From assembly GCA_965262725.1 (NCBI GenBank), contig OZ253555.1, positions 2,496,001 through 2,560,000 of the forward strand: a DNA stretch of 64,000 nucleotides. The letters are read 5' to 3'. The notes beneath the pieces were generated by a model that did no database searches, had not been told where the DNA came from, and was given only the letters and a program-made list of their open reading frames with translations. Made by a program: the position numbers and the translations under genes. Origin of the DNA: Dehalococcoidia bacterium. GTDB lineage: Bacteria > Chloroflexota > Dehalococcoidia > UBA2979. Positions 59,583 through 64,000 of the stretch are shown here, one piece after another; positions within the stretch are counted from its first letter, which is position 1; every line of letters starts with the position of its first letter.

Positions 59583-61388
59583 ATGCAAGTCAGATCGCTT
59601 GTCGGCGCTGGACTGATCTCCCGTATCGACGAGTTGCTGGAGGCCCGGTACCGGTCCGCTGATCTGGGGAACATGGAAGATCCTCTGGACGAGACCATGT
59701 ACATCCTGCTGAGCAGGCAGACGCAGGAACCTGTCTACAGGCGGATGTACCAGAACCTCCGGCGCTGCTATCCGAGCTGGAATGACGTGCTTCAGGCTCC
59801 GGAAGAGCACCTGTCCCTTCTACTGCGCCCGGCAGGGCTCCATGAGCAGAGAGCTCGGCAAGTGAAAGCTCTACTTGCGGCAGTGCAAGAGGAGAACCGT
59901 CGGCGGGGTGTCGGGCCGGCCGCAATACCTGCAACCGACCTGACCCTCGACTTTCTCCGGACGCTCGGTGACGAGGAGGCTGAACAGTTCCTGATCCGAC
60001 TGCCGGGCATCGGCCCGAAGAGCGCACGCTGTGTCCTAGCGTATTCGCTCAACCGTCCCGCGTTCGCTGTCGACACGCACGTTCACAGGGTGTTCTCCCG
60101 GCTGGGCCTCGTCACACCGGCCGGAAGGAAGAAGGATCACGACCCATTCCAGGACGCGGTTCCCAAGGGTGCTCGGAAGCGGTTCCACATCAACCTCATC
60201 CACCACGGACGCGCGATCTGCCGTGCCAGAAGGCCGAAGTGTGGGGATTGCGTCCTCGTGTCGTTCTGCCCGGAAGGGCGCAAGACCGTAGCCAACAACG
60301 GGCGTCCCGCCGTGGTTGATCTCTTCGCCGGGGCTGGTGGCCTCGGCTATGGCTTCAGAAAGGCTGGCTTCCGTGTGGCACTTGCTGTCGAGTCAGACCG
60401 GCATGCGGCGCAAACCTATCGCCTGAACAACCCGGGTGTCCCCGTGATAGAGGCCCAGATCGATGCAACCACCTCATCACACCAGCTAGCCCGCTTCATG
60501 CCTGGCGTCGAGCAGGTCATGGGACTCCTCGCGGGTCCGCCGTGCCAGGGATACTCAGCCGCCGGTGCGCGTGACCCCGATGCCGAAGGGAACTTCCTGT
60601 ACCGGCAGGTCGCGAGGCTGGCAGCGGAGCTACGGGCTGAGACCGTCTGCCTCGAGAACGTTCCAGGCGTACGGCGCGTCAGGGGCCACGGCTTCCTTGA
60701 CTCCATCCTACAGAGCCTCCGCGACGCGGGCTTTGCGACCGATGCTCACCTGGTTAATGCCTGCGACTTTGGAGTCCCACAGCACAGGGCACGCTATCTC
60801 TTCCTCGGGCGCCGAGGCGAAGGAACATCCCCTCCTCCTGGACCGGGTGCAACACACCGCTCCCACGGGGAGGCCGCACCGAGCCACCTGCCGGAGGTCC
60901 CCACTCTTCGCGATGCACTCGCCGCCCTGCCCGAACTTCCCGCCGGCACCACTGGAGAGCCCGTAACAGGGCCCGACGGTAGGGAGTACTTCAACGTTGA
61001 GACGATGGCACACTCGGAGCGTGTGGTGGCCAAGATCAGAGGGATCAAGCCTGGTGAGGGCCCCATCTCGTACAGACGCCTCAAGGACGATGAAGCGCGC
61101 ACGTTGATCGCTGGGCACCGCGCCCTTCCCGTCCATCCATGGCTTGACCGGACCATCTCGGTGCGTGAGGCGGCGACCATTCAGGGGTTTCCGCATCACT
61201 ACCGTTTTTCCGGACCCCGTTCAACCCAGCCTCTCCAAGTGGCTAACGCAGTTCCGCCACCGCTTGCGGAGGCTGTCGCCCTCCACCTGATGCGGGTGAC
61301 CAAGGAGGGTCGCGCACCCGCGGACCCTTCCGAGGCCGCAGCCGCTGATGCCAACGGAGCAGGTCCGCGCCAGCCGCCCGAAGCCTGA
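59583..61388 (+). CDS. Fusion of an HhH-GPD [4Fe-4S] DNA glycosylase (Nth-like) and a DNA (cytosine-5) methyltransferase
   Basis: N-terminal LSRQT, LPGIGPKSA, AVDTHVHRV, CRARRPKCGDCVLVSFC. C-terminal DLFAGAGG, GPPCQGYS, ENVPG, GVPQHRAR, RTISVREAATIQGFP, QVANAVPP. One uninterrupted frame. Confidence 0.92.
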   Translation: MQVRSLVGAGLISRIDELLEARYRSADLGNMEDPLDETMYILLSRQTQEPVYRRMYQNLRRCYPSWNDVLQAPEEHLSLLLRPAGLHEQRARQVKALLAAVQEENRRRGVGPAAIPATDLTLDFLRTLGDEEAEQFLIRLPGIGPKSARCVLAYSLNRPAFAVDTHVHRVFSRLGLVTPAGRKKDHDPFQDAVPKGARKRFHINLIHHGRAICRARRPKCGDCVLVSFCPEGRKTVANNGRPAVVDLFAGAGGLGYGFRKAGFRVALAVESDRHAAQTYRLNNPGVPVIEAQIDATTSSHQLARFMPGVEQVMGLLAGPPCQGYSAAGARDPDAEGNFLYRQVARLAAELRAETVCLENVPGVRRVRGHGFLDSILQSLRDAGFATDAHLVNACDFGVPQHRARYLFLGRRGEGTSPPPGPGATHRSHGEAAPSHLPEVPTLRDALAALPELPAGTTGEPVTGPDGREYFNVETMAHSERVVAKIRGIKPGEGPISYRRLKDDEARTLIAGHRALPVHPWLDRTISVREAATIQGFPHHYRFSGPRSTQPLQVANAVPPPLAEAVALHLMRVTKEGRAPADPSEAAAADANGAGPRQPPEA

Positions 61389-61597
61389 ACTACCCCCGCA
61401 ACACGTAGTGGCTGGGTTGCTGCCTGGACGCACTCCGCCCACGGTCCGAACGGGGGCGGCTGGGCCGCGCTCATACGAAGCGGCCGACCTGCGAGTCAGT
61501 CGCGGCGCGGCACTCGTGTAACGCGGCGAGTGTGGGGAACGGGCCGAGCGCAGGACGCACAGCGACAAGACGCGGAGGTTCGCGATGTCAGCACTCA

Positions 61598-61737
61598 CTA
61601 GTGTCCCGAGTTGCAAATGCTGAAAACAATCGCACCGAGCCTCGCAGGCCTGGTCCGCTCAGTGGAGGCTTGGGTCGCAACTGGAAACGAGCACCGGAGG
61701 CGCTTCATCTCGCACAAACCGCCGACCAGATCCTTGA
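61598..61737 (-). pseudogene. Possible IS630-family transposase 3' remnant (intron 3' exon)
   Basis: KDLV...FSICNSGH* ending in GGGACACTAG, resembling IS630 C-termini and ends. Confidence 0.4.
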
Positions 61738-62514
61738 GTAGGGTCAGGGGCTGGCGCGGTGCGAGCCGTAGGCGGTGGCGCATATTGCCAGGCCGGTTTC
61801 CCGGTGGCGCCCATCTCCACAGCCGTAGCATCGTCCGTCTCCAGCCCCTGCCGCCTCGAACCGGACGTGAGGTTTTCCCTCATCCGGCTCACCGATGCCC
61901 TTCACCGGGCGGCATGCGGGGTGCCCCGCCACGGTCGATATGGCCGTGGTGCCACGACGCGCTGTCCAGCTAGCGAGATGAGCCCCAGACGGTCGGCGAC
62001 GGGAAACGGGTGCCCGCGATGGCGTCGCCGCCAACGCAACCGCTTCCCCAGCCAGAGTTTGAGTCTCCACATGGCAAACCAGTGCAGGACGTCGAACGCC
62101 CTCGCCGAGTTGCCGTAGCGGAAGTAGCTCATCCAGCCGCGGAGGTAGCGATTGACTTCCTCCACGACCTGCCGGGGACTCAGCAGCAGACGCAACCGCG
62201 CCGTGATTTCACGGATGCGGTCCCGCGCCCGCTGCATCGCTCGCCGTGAGGGCCAGCGTGCGAGGAACTGGATATTCTTGTTGCGCTTCGCACGTACCCA
62301 GCGATGCTCGAAGCCGAGGAACTCCAGCCCCTCGCCTCCCTCCCGCAGGTGCACGATGCGCGTCTTCTCCGCCTTGAGCTCCAGTCCGAGCTCACCCAGC
62401 AGGTCACGCAGCAGGGCCAACGCCCGCTCCGCTTCCTCCCGGCTCCGGCAGAGCACCACGAGGTCATCCGCATAGCGCACCAGCACGCCATCACCCTTCG
62501 CCTCCCAGTCCCGG
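61738..62514 (-). mobile_element. 3' part of an RT-encoding group II intron
   Basis: Domains V/VI nearly identical to those at about 41180-41347, ending CCCTAC at 61738. Confidence 0.88.
61902..62514 (-). pseudogene. ltrA: Group II intron reverse transcriptase/maturase, C-terminal part, interrupted by IS21
   Basis: LVRYADDLVV, LGLELKAEKT, FLGF, maturase NRYLRGWMSYFRYGNS. No endonuclease domain. Confidence 0.88.
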
Positions 62515-64000
62515 TGGGAATGATGCTCTGAATTGGCCCCACCTGGAGCCGTTTTGATCCTTTGAATTGGCCCCACCCCCGACCCATCCAGGATCTACGC
62601 TCGGGTGACTGCATGACTCCCGGAGCGAGGGAAGAGGAGTGTGTCGAGAGTGGAGCTGTTCGAGTCTATCCGACGGATGGCGAGGGAGGAGGAGCTGTCG
62701 ATCCATGAGCTGGGACGCCGGCATGGCGTGCACCGGCGCACGGTGCGGCAGGCTCTTGGGTCGGCGATACCCCCGGAACGCAAGCAGGCGACCCGCGTGG
62801 CCCCGAAGCTCGGGCCGTACGTCTCGGTCATCCGGGGCTGGCTCGTGGACGACCTCAGCGCGCCGCGCAAGCAGCGGCACACGGCCCGGCGCATCTGGGA
62901 GCGCCTCGTCGACGAACACGGGGCGACGGTGGCCGAGCCCACGGTCCGCGCCTGCGTCGCGCGCCTGCGTCGCGAGATCCAGGGCGGGCGCGCGGTTGTG
63001 ACGATCCCGCAGGTCCATCCTCCCGGCGAGGAGGCGGAGGTCGACTTCGGCACGGTGACGGTGTGGCTGGAGGGCGTCGAGACCCGGCTGGCGATGTTCG
63101 TGATGCGGCTCTCGCATTCGGGGCGGGCGGCGCACGTCTGCTTCGTCGGCGAGGGCCAGGAGTCTCTGCTCGAGGGGCACGTGGTCGCCTTCGAGCGGCT
63201 CGGCGGAGTGCCGCGGCGCATCCGCTACGACAATCTGACGGCGGCCGTCACCACCGTGCTGCAGGGACGCGAGCGCCTGCAGACCGAGCGCTTCATCGCG
63301 CTCCGCTCGCATTACGGCTTCGACAGCTTCTTCTGTGAGCCCGGCATCGAGGGCGCGCACGAGAAGGGCGGTGTGGAGGGCGAGGTCGGCCGCTTCCGCC
63401 GGCGGCACTTCGTGCCGGTCCCGAAGGTGGCGACCCTCGGCGAGCTGAACGAACGAGTGCGGGAGGCGGACCGCACCGACGACGCCCGGCACATCGAGAG
63501 CCGCCTCGCCACCGTCGGCGAGATGGGAGAGAACGAGAAGGCCTCGCTGCGTCCGCTTCCGGCGGAGCGCTTCGACCCGTCAATCCCGCTGCGCGCGAAG
63601 GTCGACCGCAAGGCGCGCATCGCCGTGCGTAGCTCCCGCTACTCGGTCCCGGCGGCCTATGCAGGCCGGAAGCTGGACGTGCGGCTGTCCGGGAACAGCC
63701 TGACCGTGTGGGCCGAGGGGCGTGAAGTCGCCCACCACGAGCGCAGCGCCCGCACCGGAGCAGAGGTCCTGCTGCTCGACCACTATCTGGAGGTGCTCGC
63801 GCGCAAGCCCGGGGCGGTCCCGGGCTCGGTGGCGCTCCAGCAGGCGCGTGCGAAGGGACACGTCACAGCCGAGCATCAGCGCTTCTGGGACCGCGCCCGC
63901 CGCAAGCTCGGCGACCGCGCGGGCACGCAGGCGTACATCGAGGTCCTGCTCCTGCATCGCCATCTTCCCTTCACGGCGGTGCACGCCGCGCTCGGGACGG
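62515..64000 (+). mobile_element. IS21-family element (left end, runs off the window)
   Basis: Starts TGGGAATGATG, with TGAATTGGCCCCACC repeated at 62529 and 62563. Confidence 0.85.
62641..64000 (+). CDS. istA: IS21-family transposase IstA (partial, runs off the window)
   Basis: Translated by hand: MSRVELFESIRR..GVHRRTVRQAL..PRKQRHTARRIWERL..GEEAEVDFG..IRYDNL..HEKGGVEGEVG. GAGGAG RBS. Confidence 0.92.
   Translation, partial: MSRVELFESIRRMAREEELSIHELGRRHGVHRRTVRQALGSAIPPERKQATRVAPKLGPYVSVIRGWLVDDLSAPRKQRHTARRIWERLVDEHGATVAEPTVRACVARLRREIQGGRAVVTIPQVHPPGEEAEVDFGTVTVWLEGVETRLAMFVMRLSHSGRAAHVCFVGEGQESLLEGHVVAFERLGGVPRRIRYDNLTAAVTTVLQGRERLQTERFIALRSHYGFDSFFCEPGIEGAHEKGGVEGEVGRFRRRHFVPVPKVATLGELNERVREADRTDDARHIESRLATVGEMGENEKASLRPLPAERFDPSIPLRAKVDRKARIAVRSSRYSVPAAYAGRKLDVRLSGNSLTVWAEGREVAHHERSARTGAEVLLLDHYLEVLARKPGAVPGSVALQQARAKGHVTAEHQRFWDRARRKLGDRAGTQAYIEVLLLHRHLPFTAVHAALGT

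Noticed and set aside
61902-62576. Retron, DGR or defence-associated RT
   Set aside because: The maturase X domain and adjacent domain V/VI identify a group II intron IEP. The ORF's first residues come from the IS21 end.
62491-63984. Minus-strand ORFs at the window end
   Set aside because: Antisense to istA, which is missing from the ORF track only because it lacks a stop inside the window.

Overview
High-GC bacterial DNA. The RecG N-terminus and some surface-protein remnants suggest Chloroflexota (inference only). The window falls into five parts. (1) 1-12.2 kb is decayed accessory DNA around recG: a DpdA-like C-terminal half, a complete IS1182, BTAD/SARP regulators, a degenerate tyrosine recombinase fused to a small Cys/His domain, and several gene remnants. 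(2) 12.4-24.8 kb is a complete Tad/Flp pilus operon ending in a LysM-BTAD protein and a prepilin peptidase. (3) 25-38.6 kb is a type I-G (I-U) CRISPR-Cas locus. Its 33-repeat array is split by an IS5 inserted in one spacer, and that IS5 carries a nested IS256. (4) 38.9-41.4 kb holds a collapsed second copy of the Tad locus ends and an ORF-less group II intron inserted precisely into an IS1-like remnant. (5) 41.4-64 kb is a defence island: a small protein plus a Rad50/RloC-like ABC ATPase, a PD-(D/E)XK-like protein, HNH plus a Druantia III-like druH-druE pair, a MORC/GHKL ATPase plus an MTase-fold protein, and a divergent HhH-GPD glycosylase fused to a C5-cytosine methyltransferase. It ends in nested IS630, group II intron and IS21 pieces. 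The best candidate for an undescribed system is the glycosylase-methyltransferase fusion with its MORC module (55.8-61.4 kb). All family calls come from motif recognition by eye, not database searches.
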